The notes beneath the pieces were generated by a model, which saw only the letters and a list, made by a program, of their open reading frames with translations, was not told the DNA's origin and made no database searches. A program made the translations under genes and the position numbers. From the NCBI GenBank assembly GCA_963706285.1, contig CAVPLU010000006.1:30439-94438 (forward strand): 64,000 bases of DNA, given 5' to 3'. Shown in pieces: positions 11,346 through 22,258 of this stretch; position 1 is the first letter of the stretch, and the number at the start of each line of letters is the position of its first letter. Source of the stretch: Candidatus Bathyarchaeota archaeon (GTDB lineage Archaea > Thermoproteota > Bathyarchaeia > 40CM-2-53-6).

Positions 11346-12149
11346 CTATGTGCGACTTCTGATTTTCCGGACCGAGACGTCCCCTGAAAGTAGCCTTCGA
11401 ATTGTGCCGTCTTGGGATTGGATGACTAGAGCACCATCAGAGTCCAGGTCTACAACTTCCGCTCTGTAAGATATCTTCTCTTCCTTGACAATAATCGACA
11501 TTTTCAACATGTCGGAAAGTCGTTTCCACTCCGCGATTACGTGTGAGGAATCGCAGGCAAGTATTTTTGCATAAATCGCCGAGAAGTCATTGAGGATCTC
11601 TCGCATCAACCAGTCGACATTCACGTTCGACTTCAACTCATCTAAGATAGATGTTGCCTCACTCGCCAGCTCGACTGTCATCGAGCCAACGGAGTTGTTT
11701 ACATTAATCCCAAAACCTATGATCGCGTGGCATTTGCTGCCTTCTGTTGTTGTTTCGGCAAGTACTCCGGCAACCTTTCTTTCATTTATGGTTACGTCGT
11801 TGGGCCACTTCAGCATGGCTCGGATACGAAAAAGGCGTCGGATCGTTGTCGCGACAGCAACTCCGGCAGCTAGCGGCAGAAGTGAGATGGTTGACATCGT
11901 CACCTCTGGCCGAAGGACAAGAGAGAACCATAATCCCCCTACAGGAGAAAACCATGTTTTGTTTCCTCTTCCTCTTCCGTGCTTCTGCGTAGCTGCGAGG
12001 ACTACCGTCCCCTCAGGGGTGCCTTGCTCAGCAAGCTTCTTTGCAGCATCATTTGTCGAGCTCACACTATGAAATCGAATGATGATTCCGCCTAGGTGCG
12101 GGTCATGTTTGACAGAACCATCTCTTCTTGTAGGCGACTGCTGCTTCAT
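11346..12149 (-). CDS. birA: Biotin-protein ligase
   Basis: 'STN', 'GRGR', 'KWPND', 'KVAGVL'; adjacent to the biotin-enzyme cluster. Confidence 0.93.
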   Translation of the reverse strand: MKQQSPTRRDGSVKHDPHLGGIIIRFHSVSSTNDAAKKLAEQGTPEGTVVLAATQKHGRGRGNKTWFSPVGGLWFSLVLRPEVTMSTISLLPLAAGVAVATTIRRLFRIRAMLKWPNDVTINERKVAGVLAETTTEGSKCHAIIGFGINVNNSVGSMTVELASEATSILDELKSNVNVDWLMREILNDFSAIYAKILACDSSHVIAEWKRLSDMLKMSIIVKEEKISYRAEVVDLDSDGALVIQSQDGTIRRLLSGDVSVRKIRSRT

Positions 12150-12707
12150 TCGCTTTCTCTTTCCGCCAGCTCGACAAGAAGAGACTCTTGGGACGGATTA
12201 ATACTACCTACAGCAGTAGTCTCATCAATATCAGAGACGCGTCTCGCATACCGAATGATGGTGTTGGGAGACTGATTGACTTGGTGAATGATTTTTGATC
12301 CATAATGATCTCAAAAGATGCTGGAGTATTGTGGGACATATCAACATCGCTGGTCGCAGGTACATATCTTGCGGGAAGATGAGTTCACGAGAGAATTCAA
12401 GAGTATTGTCTGAAGAACGCTCCCAGACTCATCAAAAATGAAATGCGCTCAGTTGTCGAAGAACAAGGAGCTCGATTATGAGGCCACTCTTCATGTCACG
12501 ACTCATGCGTTGTTCCTGTGGAGCGAAACCAAGCTGACAAAGCAGCCAAGAGGGTTGACGATTGTCTTGACTGTGATAGGAGCGATGCAAATCTCTCTCA
12601 AGTTGCACCAGTTGGCGACTCGTCAGGGAGCCCTCACTGAAGGCTCGAAGTACCTCAATCCTCCAGTGATCTACATCCCTGCTTTTCTTCGAACCGGATT
12701 CTGTCCT

Positions 12708-13946
12708 CTATTCTTTCTTCAAGGCTGTTATCGGGCTCAGTGTTGATGCTCTCCAAGCAGGATAGATGCCCGCCATGACGCTTAGAGCGCAGGCTAGAAG
12801 GAATACCTGGACAAGATCGGTAGGGCGAAAATAGGGAGTAATTGATATTGCGTTTGCCCCCAAAGGCAAGAGCCCGATCATGGCATATGCTCCAGCAATC
12901 CCGGCGGCCAATCCTAATAGTGCGCCTAGAAGCCCGATTGCGAATGATTCCGTGAGAAACATGAAGAGAATAGTCTCACCAGTGTAGCCTATTGCTTTCA
13001 GTAGCCCAATTTCGCGTGTTCTCTCCATTACGGAAGTGTACAATGTTGTGATTATGCCGACAGCGCCGACGAACATGGAGACTGCGGCGACAGCGGTGAG
13101 AAATCCTAGGAAGGTGCCCATCACTTCATTTATGGTGCTTGCAATCGCTTTGGGTGATGTTATGCCGATATTCTTTCCATAGAATTTTGTGATGTTTGTT
13201 TCGACATTATCGTTAATGTCGGGGCCTTTCGTGATCACGTAGATGACGTCGTAGATGCTATTCTTTTCGAAGAACGTATTGGCCGCTGAGAGAGAAATGA
13301 AGACTTCGCTGTCGATCTGCTGGCTTCCGAGCTCGTTGAGAACTCCCCTCACTAGGAAGGCTTTCCTTTTCGTGACTAGCTTCTCAACTCCTCCTTGATT
13401 TTCAATCTTTGAGAACTCAATAAACACTGACTGCCCTATGCTCGCAAATGGCTTGTCAAGATTCGATGGGTGAGCAATACTGTGTCCCAGTACAATTCCG
13501 CCGGAGTCGGTAGATGAGACGAATGCTCCGGATTCAAAGCTAATCTTGGGAGTGACATATACCATCTTGCTTTGATCCATCCCCAGAACTGCCACGGTTT
13601 TTGATTCGCTTCCTGATCTCAACGTTCCCCCACCGGTGAAAGATGGGATAACATAATCTACGCCCTGAATTCTTTCGAGGGTGCGTACGGTCTGTGATGT
13701 GAGTTTTGTTTGCATACCGGATTGTGCTTCGGGTCCGAAAGCACTGGCTGAAGGAGTAACTATCAGGGCGTTAGCGCCGAGAGTGCCTAGCTGGTCGCTA
13801 ATGTAGTTGTTCATCCCTCCACCCAGTCCGTTGATGGAGGTCATCAGTGCCACGCCTATGATCACCATTAGCACTGTGAGGCCTGTTCTCATTCGTCGCT
13901 CTTTCAAGGCTCCAAACGAAAGCCCAACCAAATCCAGTACAGTCAT
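12708..13946 (-). CDS. MacB/FtsX-type ABC transporter permease
   Basis: 'RTGLTVL', 'SVMERTREIGLLKAIG', 'YPAWRAS'. Confidence 0.9.
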   Translation of the reverse strand: MTVLDLVGLSFGALKERRMRTGLTVLMVIIGVALMTSINGLGGGMNNYISDQLGTLGANALIVTPSASAFGPEAQSGMQTKLTSQTVRTLERIQGVDYVIPSFTGGGTLRSGSESKTVAVLGMDQSKMVYVTPKISFESGAFVSSTDSGGIVLGHSIAHPSNLDKPFASIGQSVFIEFSKIENQGGVEKLVTKRKAFLVRGVLNELGSQQIDSEVFISLSAANTFFEKNSIYDVIYVITKGPDINDNVETNITKFYGKNIGITSPKAIASTINEVMGTFLGFLTAVAAVSMFVGAVGIITTLYTSVMERTREIGLLKAIGYTGETILFMFLTESFAIGLLGALLGLAAGIAGAYAMIGLLPLGANAISITPYFRPTDLVQVFLLACALSVMAGIYPAWRASTLSPITALKKE

Positions 13947-13951
13947 CGTCT

Positions 13952-14692
13952 TTAGTTCCTCGTCTCTGTAGCTATGTTTTCGTGGCCCCACAAGCCGGTT
14001 CGTTCTTTCTCTATGACTCCATCTCTCAAATGGATGATTCTGCCGGTTCCTTCAGCCAACTCCAGGTTGTGCGTAACGATGACAATGGTCGCGCTTCTCT
14101 CATGATTCACGCGAAGCAAGAGATTCTCTATCTCTTGTCCCGTTTTGGAATCGAGATTGCCGGTGGGTTCATCTGCAAGAATGAATGCCGGGTCATTCAT
14201 GAGTGCACGTGCTATCGCGACACGTTGTTGTTCCCCACCGCTGAGGGCATGTGGTTTGCGATTCAATTTATCGCCCAAACCTACAAGATCCAACAGCTCG
14301 TGAACCCTCTTATTCCTCAGCTTCTTCGGCATGCCTGCTACTATGGCAGGCAACTCGACGTTCTTCGCCACCTTCGACCTTTCGATAAGGTTGTAGGATT
14401 GGAAGACAAAGCCAATCTTCTTGTTGCGAAACTTGGAAAGGGCTCTCTCTCCCAGCCGGGTTATGTCCGCTCCATCAACCAGTATTTTTCCGCTTGTAGG
14501 GATATCGAGAGCACCTAGCATGTTTAGCAGGGTAGATTTGCCGCTGCCGGAAGGGCCAACGATTGAAACCATCTCCCCGTGCTTAATCCTCAAGCTTACT
14601 CCGTTTAGCGCATGTACTGTAACGAGACCCATTCTGTAGGTCTTCTTGAGATCGTATGTTTCGATAGCAAATCCGTCGCCTTTGTCTGCCAT
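13952..14692 (-). CDS. ABC transporter ATP-binding protein (LolD/MacB-like)
   Basis: Walker A 'GPSGSGKS', 'LSGGEQQR', 'ADEPTGNLD'. Confidence 0.93.
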   Translation of the reverse strand: MADKGDGFAIETYDLKKTYRMGLVTVHALNGVSLRIKHGEMVSIVGPSGSGKSTLLNMLGALDIPTSGKILVDGADITRLGERALSKFRNKKIGFVFQSYNLIERSKVAKNVELPAIVAGMPKKLRNKRVHELLDLVGLGDKLNRKPHALSGGEQQRVAIARALMNDPAFILADEPTGNLDSKTGQEIENLLLRVNHERSATIVIVTHNLELAEGTGRIIHLRDGVIEKERTGLWGHENIATETRN

Positions 14693-14787
14693 GCAGATCC
14701 TCTTTGCTTCGGACGGGCCGCAAGATTTAGGTGTTTTCAGACCGAAAAGGAACCCCATGGAACTCGTTGAGTAGGTTGATCCCAGAG

Positions 14788-15751
14788 ATGTCGCGTTCGA
14801 TCGGATGGGTCAAGAAACCAGATCTGCATGTTCTCGCGTTACTGGTGTTTGTTTGCATTATTGCGATTTCGCCGGCGGCTACTCGCAGTTATGCACAGAC
14901 ATCATCAAATCTGTCCATCACATCCTCAACGAATCTGCTTGTAGCCTCTCAGAACTGCACCGTACTGCTGGAAATCGGGAACGTTGGTAACTTCCTTAAG
15001 GAGCTTGACGTCGCGCTTGCACTTCCTTCCCCACTGGTGCTATTTGGCGACAATCATTGGAGCAGATCAACGTTCGCTCACGGCGATATGATACGTGCAA
15101 ACCTCACGATCTTCGCACCGGCTTTCGCCGCAGGAACAACGATTCAAGGCAGCATAGTAGCCGTGTACAAGGTCATTGGTGAGAGTAACCCGTCAACTGA
15201 GACGCACACAATTTCGTTTCTGATCCGAGGCTGGGTTGACCTCAAAGTCTACGAAGTGAGCGTTAGTCCAGACCCTGCCTTGCCCGGGAGTGAATTGACA
15301 ATCTCGGGCAATATCTTGAATCGTGGCGTGATTCCAGCGATGTATGCGAACGTGACGATCGCAGCAGATCCGCCCCTAGTGGAGAATTCCATCAAACCTA
15401 CTTATGTTGGGGAAGTTGATTCTAATGCTCCGGCTCCTTTCAGTGTGACTGCACTAGGTTGATCCTAACGCAACTGCGGGCACTTATCGAGCCACGATTC
15501 TTCTATACTACCAAGACGATCTTCAACTAGACCACACTATCGTGACTGTAATCAGTTACGCCGTTGTTGCGAAGCTACCTCAGACTGAGACGACTAAGAC
15601 CAGTATCGTCGAGCAGGCCCTCTCAAACCCTATCCAGTTGCTATCGAATCTACTGTCAAACCAAGTGGTGTTGCTTGGACTGGGAGTACTCGTTCTTGCG
15701 ATCGTCGGTATCTACCTTCGCAGAAGAAGACAACACACGGCAGAAACCTGA
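14788..15751 (+). CDS. Secreted, membrane-anchored Ig-like/S-layer-type (COG1361-like) protein (frameshift near 15455)
   Basis: Signal peptide, beta-rich CARDB-like segments ('SGNILNRG'), C-terminal TM helix followed by RRRR; next to the ABC exporter. Confidence 0.65.
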
Positions 15752-16341
15752 TCGGTTGTCAGCTTCCGAGTGCACAGACGTAGCGATTTTGGCTTACGTC
15801 CCCGCGTGAGCTCATTCAGCGGGGTCGCCTCCACCCACTAGATTCCTATTTTCAGGACCTTGCATCCTAGCCGGACCTCATCCCATTGTCCTCGTTGGTT
15901 CCTCTTCGAAGGTCCGTTCCATTGAGCTTCTCCTCTCCGCATATTTGATGAATATGCCCAATGGCACTCATTCCAGGCGCTCGTTCGTGGAGCCCAAGGC
16001 TTTGTGAATATTGCAGTTGTAAGCTGGAAGACGTATGCCTTCCACGACGGCAATACTCCTTTGCTGATGGTGAAATGGTTTCCCTAAATCCGTTCAGACG
16101 CAAGAATGAATCCACGATTCAACCGATTCACAGTGACGCCAGTCGATGCACATGCAAGACGATGCAATTGCCCCCATCCGGCAGGGCAACATCATTCAAC
16201 CAAGAAAGATGCCTTGGGCTACGAACAGGTGTTTTGCGCCGACTGTAACGATATCTGTCTGACTCACCCGATGTAGTCTCCAATAGCAATCGCAGAGACC
16301 CCTTAACTGATGATGCGATTCAGTCTTGGAGCGAAAACTCT

Positions 16342-16593
16342 TCATGAAAGCAGCTCGTCCAGCGTTTCCTCCAGCAGTGTATTGTCACCTTCTCTGAGCG
16401 TAGATTTGCTCTTCTTCTGCGCCGATTCGAGCTGATCGCGCAACTGTCTCTCGAATCTGTCAACAATTGCAAGAATATCTGTGATGGGAACCCAATCAGA
16501 AGTTATGGGGTACAACCTGTCAACATAAGGGCTCTTAGCAAACTTCTGAATCTCACTTTTCAATTCACTCAGTCTCATCCAAAACACGCCCAT
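16342..16593 (-). CDS. Small hypothetical protein
   Basis: 83-aa ORF with protein-like composition in an otherwise empty interval. Confidence 0.5.
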   Translation of the reverse strand: MGVFWMRLSELKSEIQKFAKSPYVDRLYPITSDWVPITDILAIVDRFERQLRDQLESAQKKSKSTLREGDNTLLEETLDELLS

Positions 16594-16668
16594 ACCTACC
16601 TACAACAAGGGAACAATTTCTCCTACGTAGGCAATCTAACCATTCATGATTGCTGATGTCGAGGTTCT

Positions 16669-17029
16669 CTATGCAAATCTCCTGTAGATCTTCTCGGCCT
16701 TTGCGGCCATGATGAAGTCGTTAACACTTAGACCCCTTGATATCGTGAGTCGTCAGCATCACTCTCACTCTCTTCCACCTCACGAGAATGTCCGGGTGGT
16801 GGTTCTCTTTCTCTGCTATTTTCCCCAGTGAGTAGGCGAACTTGAGTCCCGCCAAGTAGTTTTTGAACTTGAATTCTCTTAGAATGTTGTCCTCGGCAAG
16901 TGCCCAGCCATGTAGGTGCTGCAGATACTTCCGCGCGTCTTGCCTTTTCATGGGCATGGTCTTACTGCTGTAGGGAACGCATTTCCTCCGCGCCAGCGCG
17001 ACCAGCTCCATCTCCCTAGCCAATCTCAT
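16669..17029 (-). CDS. Pterin-4-alpha-carbinolamine dehydratase (frameshift near the 3' end)
   Basis: 'AEKENHHPDI', 'LTTHD'; the alternative frame gives 'LSVNDFIMAAK' to a stop at 16669. Confidence 0.85.
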
Positions 17030-17329
17030 TCACATCTCACCCTTTCTCTAGCACCATGAAGTAAGAGTTTTGCCAAAGTGGAAAACGTATTCGACAAGTC
17101 ATGTCCCTGCAGTGATAGTTCTTGGAACGTCGTCTATGCGGGGGGATCTATTTGATGGTGATTCTGACGGTCGCAACTGCCACGACGGCCAAACCGTTAG
17201 AGAACCCTCAGCTTCGAGAAGTTCAGAGAATCGAGCTGGAAATGGGTCATTGAGGCTATTTGAATCAGCGAGTGTAACCTTTTTCTAAGCTGACACTTAC
17301 TTCAAGAAAGAGTGCGGTGTGCATCTGCT

Positions 17330-17818
17330 ATGTATGAGCCTCTCTTGAAGAAGACGCTAGAGGGCGCGATCAAAATCGAGGAAGAATCCTATGCTCTCTA
17401 CATCAAAGCGCAAACCATGACTGAGTTGCCCTCATCGAAGGATTTGCTAAATGAACTTGCGGAGGCCGAGCTCAGCCACAAGGAAAAGCTTCTCACGATA
17501 ACGCAGAAGTCAGCAAGCGTCTACTGGGCAGGTGTCTCAGAGCTTGGTGCAGAGACCGGTGAAATCGAGGATTTGAAGATAGTTGATTACTTGCCAGACA
17601 CGACGCTTTCGGAGGATGCGGATTATCCGGCGATATTGATCTATGCTGGAAAGCGAGAGAAGATGACGTATGAGCACTACCGATCCTTGGGCCGCGGGCC
17701 GTTCGCTCGGTATTTTCCACAGATTGGCGAGGTCTTCTCTAAGCTCGCTGAAGAGGAGCTGATACACAAGAACAGAATTGAGCGAGAATACAGCGAGCGC
17801 GTCTTGAAGAAACACTGA
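17330..17818 (+). CDS. Rubrerythrin/ferritin-like di-iron protein
   Basis: Two E...ExxH motifs ('EAELSHK', 'EEELIHK'). Confidence 0.85.
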   Translation: MYEPLLKKTLEGAIKIEEESYALYIKAQTMTELPSSKDLLNELAEAELSHKEKLLTITQKSASVYWAGVSELGAETGEIEDLKIVDYLPDTTLSEDADYPAILIYAGKREKMTYEHYRSLGRGPFARYFPQIGEVFSKLAEEELIHKNRIEREYSERVLKKH

Positions 17819-18120
17819 GGCCAATTGCGAAAGAACTTCTTTTCAGCATTGACGAAGATGATCGTAAGACAGCAGACTGCAGACTCCCTCTGCTACGCTA
17901 AATGGGAAGCTCCGGATTCTTGAGCTGATGCCAGCAGCTTAACGACCATCGCTTGGTCGCAGGGAATCATTTGGCCTAAACGACGGCTGTTTCATCTTTT
18001 TCCTTCGAAGCTGACCGGTCTAGCTATTACACTGAGCCTTCTCGTGATGGAGGCAGAAGCGGTTAATGCCCTGACGTGCCAAAAAGAACAGGTCCAAGCA
18101 GCGCCGGGGGAGCTTAACGG

Positions 18121-19239
18121 CTATGCTCCGAGCTCCTGTCTTGCTCGAATCGTGCGCATCAAATCCCCTCTAGTCACAATCCCGAGCATTTGTGGTCCGT
18201 CGAACACTAGAAGTCTTCCCACATTCTGACGCGCCATCATATGCATGGCATCGAGAGCAGATACCATCGGCTTGACAGTCACCGCTTTCTCGCAGGGAAT
18301 CATGGCTTCTTTGACAATGGTCGATGATCGTTTCTCCTTAGGGACTGCCCGTACACACTGCATCGTGACTATGCCGAGCGCCTGCTTGCCTTCAACAACA
18401 GGGTAACCACCATGAGGATGAACAAGGAAGTACTCCGACACAAGTTGGTCGACCGTGATATTGGCGGGAACTGTCAACACATCTCGGGTCATAATATCCC
18501 TGACCGTGACTCCGGACAGGACCTCACCAACCAGTGTCTGCTGTAGACTGGTTTCGGCTCCGGATCTGATGAACCAGCCAAGGAAGATTATCCATATGCC
18601 ATCGACGAAGTCTCCCATGATTATTGCTGCGAATCCTCCCAGCATCATGAGTAGGGAGATGCCCTCGCTGACTCGTGTTGCTGTCCTGGTGGCTGAGATG
18701 AGGTTCTTCGAGCGCTTCCAGATGGTTCCGCGGAAGACTCTTCCGCCATCTAGCGGAAAGGCAGGCAGCAGGTTGAAGATGCCCAAAATGACGTTTATCA
18801 GAGCGCCGTACCCTAGCGTCGCCGTCACCGCCACTGGCGCTTTCACGAGACTCAGGAGATACCAAAGAGCGCCCAATACTCCTGCGATAAGAAAACTCAT
18901 GAGGGGTCCCGCAGCGGCCATGCGGACCTCTAAGCCGGGATCCTGAGGCTCCTCCGTTATCTCTGAGACTCCGCCGAAGAAGAAGAGTGTGATTCTTCCT
19001 ATCGGAAGACCATTCTTCTTTGCAATGTAGGAATGAGACAGTTCATGAATTAGAACTGAAGCGAAGAGAATAATCGCGGACACGATGCCGATTGCCCAGT
19101 ATGTGAGCAATCCAAGCCCGGGATATTGGCTAGGCATGTAACCGGTGGCCAGTGACCAGGCAATCAGAATAAAGACAAACCACAGCGTGTAGTGAATTCT
19201 TATCGGGATCCCCATGATTTTGCCAAGTCTAACCGACAA
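18121..19239 (-). CDS. Site-2 (M50) membrane metalloprotease with CBS domains
   Basis: 'HELSH', 'NLLPAFPLDGG', C-terminal CBS pair. Confidence 0.92.
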   Translation of the reverse strand: MSVRLGKIMGIPIRIHYTLWFVFILIAWSLATGYMPSQYPGLGLLTYWAIGIVSAIILFASVLIHELSHSYIAKKNGLPIGRITLFFFGGVSEITEEPQDPGLEVRMAAAGPLMSFLIAGVLGALWYLLSLVKAPVAVTATLGYGALINVILGIFNLLPAFPLDGGRVFRGTIWKRSKNLISATRTATRVSEGISLLMMLGGFAAIIMGDFVDGIWIIFLGWFIRSGAETSLQQTLVGEVLSGVTVRDIMTRDVLTVPANITVDQLVSEYFLVHPHGGYPVVEGKQALGIVTMQCVRAVPKEKRSSTIVKEAMIPCEKAVTVKPMVSALDAMHMMARQNVGRLLVFDGPQMLGIVTRGDLMRTIRARQELGA

Positions 19240-19866
19240 CTCGAAGTCACTCCTTTCCAGTCGCTGCAGCCTTATTCCATTTTGGCGTGGCTACACCCAC
19301 GCCGACACTTGCACGCATGTCAAGATATCCGGATCATTTCAAGTTTCTGTAGATTGGTGTTTTGGAAAGTCATCACAACGCGGCTTTACATGTTGAGAAT
19401 TCTCCAGATTGATTTGATGCGTTCCCATCGCTCTCCGTGCCAAGACCATAGATTGCAGGTTCGGCTCAGAATACGGGCCATAGTCTTTCAAGGGTAAGAG
19501 TCTATTGAAGAACCACTTTTCCGCAAAACTCGGTCTTGCTCTCCTCGTTTCTCTCACTTGTTCCCTGACGACCGGGGCCTCCTGCAAGGATTAGTGAGTG
19601 TGCGTACAAAGAAGATGGCGAGCAATTAGAACGCACGACACAATCGAATACTCATAGAATCTTCAAAGAGAATCAGATGTATGAGACAGAGCCGGATCGA
19701 TGCCGGTCAAATAGCTTAAATTTGTATCGCAGGCAGATCGAGACTGATCAGGTAGTTTCAAGAATGGCCTCTGTTACATACTTCGTAGTGGCGAACGCCA
19801 AGTTCGAAGTTCGCTCGATATCTCCTCCTCGCTTGTACACAACAAGTATCGGAGGTTCGTAGTCCA

Positions 19867-20550
19867 ATGAGTGCAACTAGCGAGAAGAACATTGACAGTG
19901 TGAAGAAAAGGAGAGATTTCCTGAAGTCAACCTTGGTCGCCGGAGCTGTGCTGACCGTCGCAGGTCTGGCAAGTGTCTTGAGGATCTTCTCATATATGAC
20001 GCAACCCGGAACCGGTGCACCGGGAACGACTACTACGGAGCTTAGTTGGCCGAGGTTCAAGCTCTTGAATATTGGGACGCTGCAACTGCTGAAACCTGTG
20101 AGTTTCAACTACCCGTTGGTCAACACGCCGAACTATCTTGTGAAGCTGGGCGTGAAGGCTGAGAACGGCATCGGACCAGATGGCGACATAGTGGCTTTTA
20201 GTGCCATTTGTCAGCACCTAGGCTGCTACTACTCTTTCCAACCACCTGGTACGTCTCCATCATGCAATACGACCTACAAGACTCCGGGGCCCGAAGGCTA
20301 CTGCTGCTGTCATGGTACGGAGTACGATTTCACCCGCAATGCCGCAGTGGCGAGTGGACCTGCACCTAGGCCTGTTCCTCGAGCCATGCTTGAATTTGAC
20401 AGCAAGACTGGCGACATTTATGTTGTTGGCATGGGCCCGCCGAGTATCTACGGGCATGGACCGGCAGGAACCACTGATCCAGCAGGGGTCCTAAGGTATG
20501 ATCTTCAAGGCGGAGATGCGGTGACCGAAGCTACTCTGTTCTCGGGATGA
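19867..20550 (+). CDS. Rieske [2Fe-2S] subunit of a Rieske/cytochrome b complex (Tat-exported)
   Basis: Tat motif 'KRRDFLK' plus TM helix; box I 'CQHLGC', box II 'CCCHGT'. Confidence 0.9.
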   Translation: MSATSEKNIDSVKKRRDFLKSTLVAGAVLTVAGLASVLRIFSYMTQPGTGAPGTTTTELSWPRFKLLNIGTLQLLKPVSFNYPLVNTPNYLVKLGVKAENGIGPDGDIVAFSAICQHLGCYYSFQPPGTSPSCNTTYKTPGPEGYCCCHGTEYDFTRNAAVASGPAPRPVPRAMLEFDSKTGDIYVVGMGPPSIYGHGPAGTTDPAGVLRYDLQGGDAVTEATLFSG

Positions 20551-21977
20551 TTCCAATGAGCAAGAAATCCATGTACACCCGATTGATGGAATGGGTTGAC
20601 CTACGAATAGGTCTGACCGAGACCTTGCTGAAGCCCGTACCCGAATTCAGCCTGAATCCATTCTACTGGCTTGGAGGGCTTATGATGATGATATTCATGG
20701 TCCAGGGACTCGCAGGCGTATTCATGCTGCTCTACTATGTGCCCTCGCCTGACCAAGCTTACTCTTCCACCGTCTACGTTTTCAAGAACGTCCCGCTGGG
20801 TCAGCTGATAGAGACGCTGCACCTCTACGGCGCGTACTCCATGATACTTCTTGCATTCATGCACCTCATGCGCAACTATTTCGCTAATGTCCACAAAAAG
20901 CCCAGAGAACTCATGTGGGTGACGGGCATGCTTCTGGGTTTTGTGGTGCTCGGGTTCGGACTAACTGGTTATCTTCTACCATGGACTGTCGTCTCGAAGT
21001 CAGCTACCGATGTTGCCATCGGGATGGTTGGCCTTCTGCCTGGTCCGCTTAGTACCCTTGCGAAGTTCCTGATGACCGGGTCAGGGAGCGATGCAGCGTT
21101 ACTCACAAGGTTTGTTGTGGTCCACACGGTGATTCTCCCGGGCGCGTTTCTGTCTCTCTTCGGTGCCAAATTCTATATGTTCGAAACACATGGATCGGCA
21201 TACGTACCCGCCTTCGTAAAAGGCCGCTTCGATGAAGTGGAGTGGTTTCCTAGAGTCTTCCTGTACGCGGCCATGATAAGCGGTGTACTCATTAGCGCCT
21301 TGCTGGCAGCGTCAGCATTGTTTCCGTTTTCTCTTCCTCCGGAATTCTCGCCAGCGGCTGCAGCATCATACGTTTCGCAGCCGGACTGGTATTTCCTATG
21401 GATGTATCAAGTACTCAAGTTTTCATTCTTCGAAGGGTCGGGAATATACCTTGGGCTAGGAGGCGTAACAGTCTTTTTCGTGCTTCTAGTTCTGCTGCCA
21501 TTCTACGACCGAGGAACAGAGAGGAAATTGGGATCCAGACCATTGTTCACGACCATGGGAGTGCTGATAATTGCTGAGCTAATCACGCTTACGATCTGGG
21601 GATATCTTACTCCCGGCCAAGTGATTCCCGGCCTACAGGCAGTAGGCGTCGTGGGGGGAGTGGCCGCGATTGTGTTTGTGCTGTTATGGGTCGTATTTCG
21701 TAGACGAAGAGTAGCTCATGCAAGTTCGTCTGGGGTTGGTGTTCTTACAAAGGTTCTGATGGCGCCTTTCGCATGCATCCGGCTCACGGCCATTTTTGTG
21801 CTTCTCCTTTTTGCGGCATCGGCGACTCTTGCATCATTGGCCAACTGTCTGTTCGGCCAATGCTTGAGCCAAGTACCTCTAGTGTCAGAGGCTATTTTGT
21901 TTGCAGTTGCTGTATGCTCCATGACCTTGATGACGCGAAGTTACGTTGCAGCCTATGAGAGGAGGGTACGGGTATGA
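20547..21977 (+). CDS. petB: Cytochrome b (unsplit, with extra C-terminal TM helices)
   Basis: 'HLYGA...MHLMR', 'PRELMW', 'TGYLLPW', Qo motif 'PDWY'. Confidence 0.9.
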   Translation: MIPMSKKSMYTRLMEWVDLRIGLTETLLKPVPEFSLNPFYWLGGLMMMIFMVQGLAGVFMLLYYVPSPDQAYSSTVYVFKNVPLGQLIETLHLYGAYSMILLAFMHLMRNYFANVHKKPRELMWVTGMLLGFVVLGFGLTGYLLPWTVVSKSATDVAIGMVGLLPGPLSTLAKFLMTGSGSDAALLTRFVVVHTVILPGAFLSLFGAKFYMFETHGSAYVPAFVKGRFDEVEWFPRVFLYAAMISGVLISALLAASALFPFSLPPEFSPAAAASYVSQPDWYFLWMYQVLKFSFFEGSGIYLGLGGVTVFFVLLVLLPFYDRGTERKLGSRPLFTTMGVLIIAELITLTIWGYLTPGQVIPGLQAVGVVGGVAAIVFVLLWVVFRRRRVAHASSSGVGVLTKVLMAPFACIRLTAIFVLLLFAASATLASLANCLFGQCLSQVPLVSEAILFAVAVCSMTLMTRSYVAAYERRVRV

Positions 21978-22258
21978 CAGAGAGAGACTACGAGGGTGCC
22001 AGGAGCCTCGTCTCGGTACTTCTCTTATGTTTCGTCGCAGCAATCTCAGCGTACTTGTGGTTGGCTGATATGTTCAGCGGACAGAGAACTTTTGGAGTTC
22101 TTATGAGTGCAGTACTGTTGGGATTCTCGATGCTAATATACGTGTACAGGCAGCCGAGCTATGGAGCGATCAGCAAACCACTGCTGATGCTTGGGTATCT
22201 TGCTTTGGCCATCCTTCTCTCGCTAAGTGTCGCCATAACGATGGGTTATGTCGCATGA
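21974..22258 (+). CDS. Small membrane protein (about 3 TM helices) in the respiratory operon
   Basis: ATGA overlap with the cytochrome b stop; three hydrophobic segments. Confidence 0.65.
   Translation: MTERDYEGARSLVSVLLLCFVAAISAYLWLADMFSGQRTFGVLMSAVLLGFSMLIYVYRQPSYGAISKPLLMLGYLALAILLSLSVAITMGYVA

Noticed and set aside
15780-16340. Short overlapping ORFs in an apparently non-coding gap
   Set aside because: No recognisable motif in any frame; cannot support a gene or RNA call
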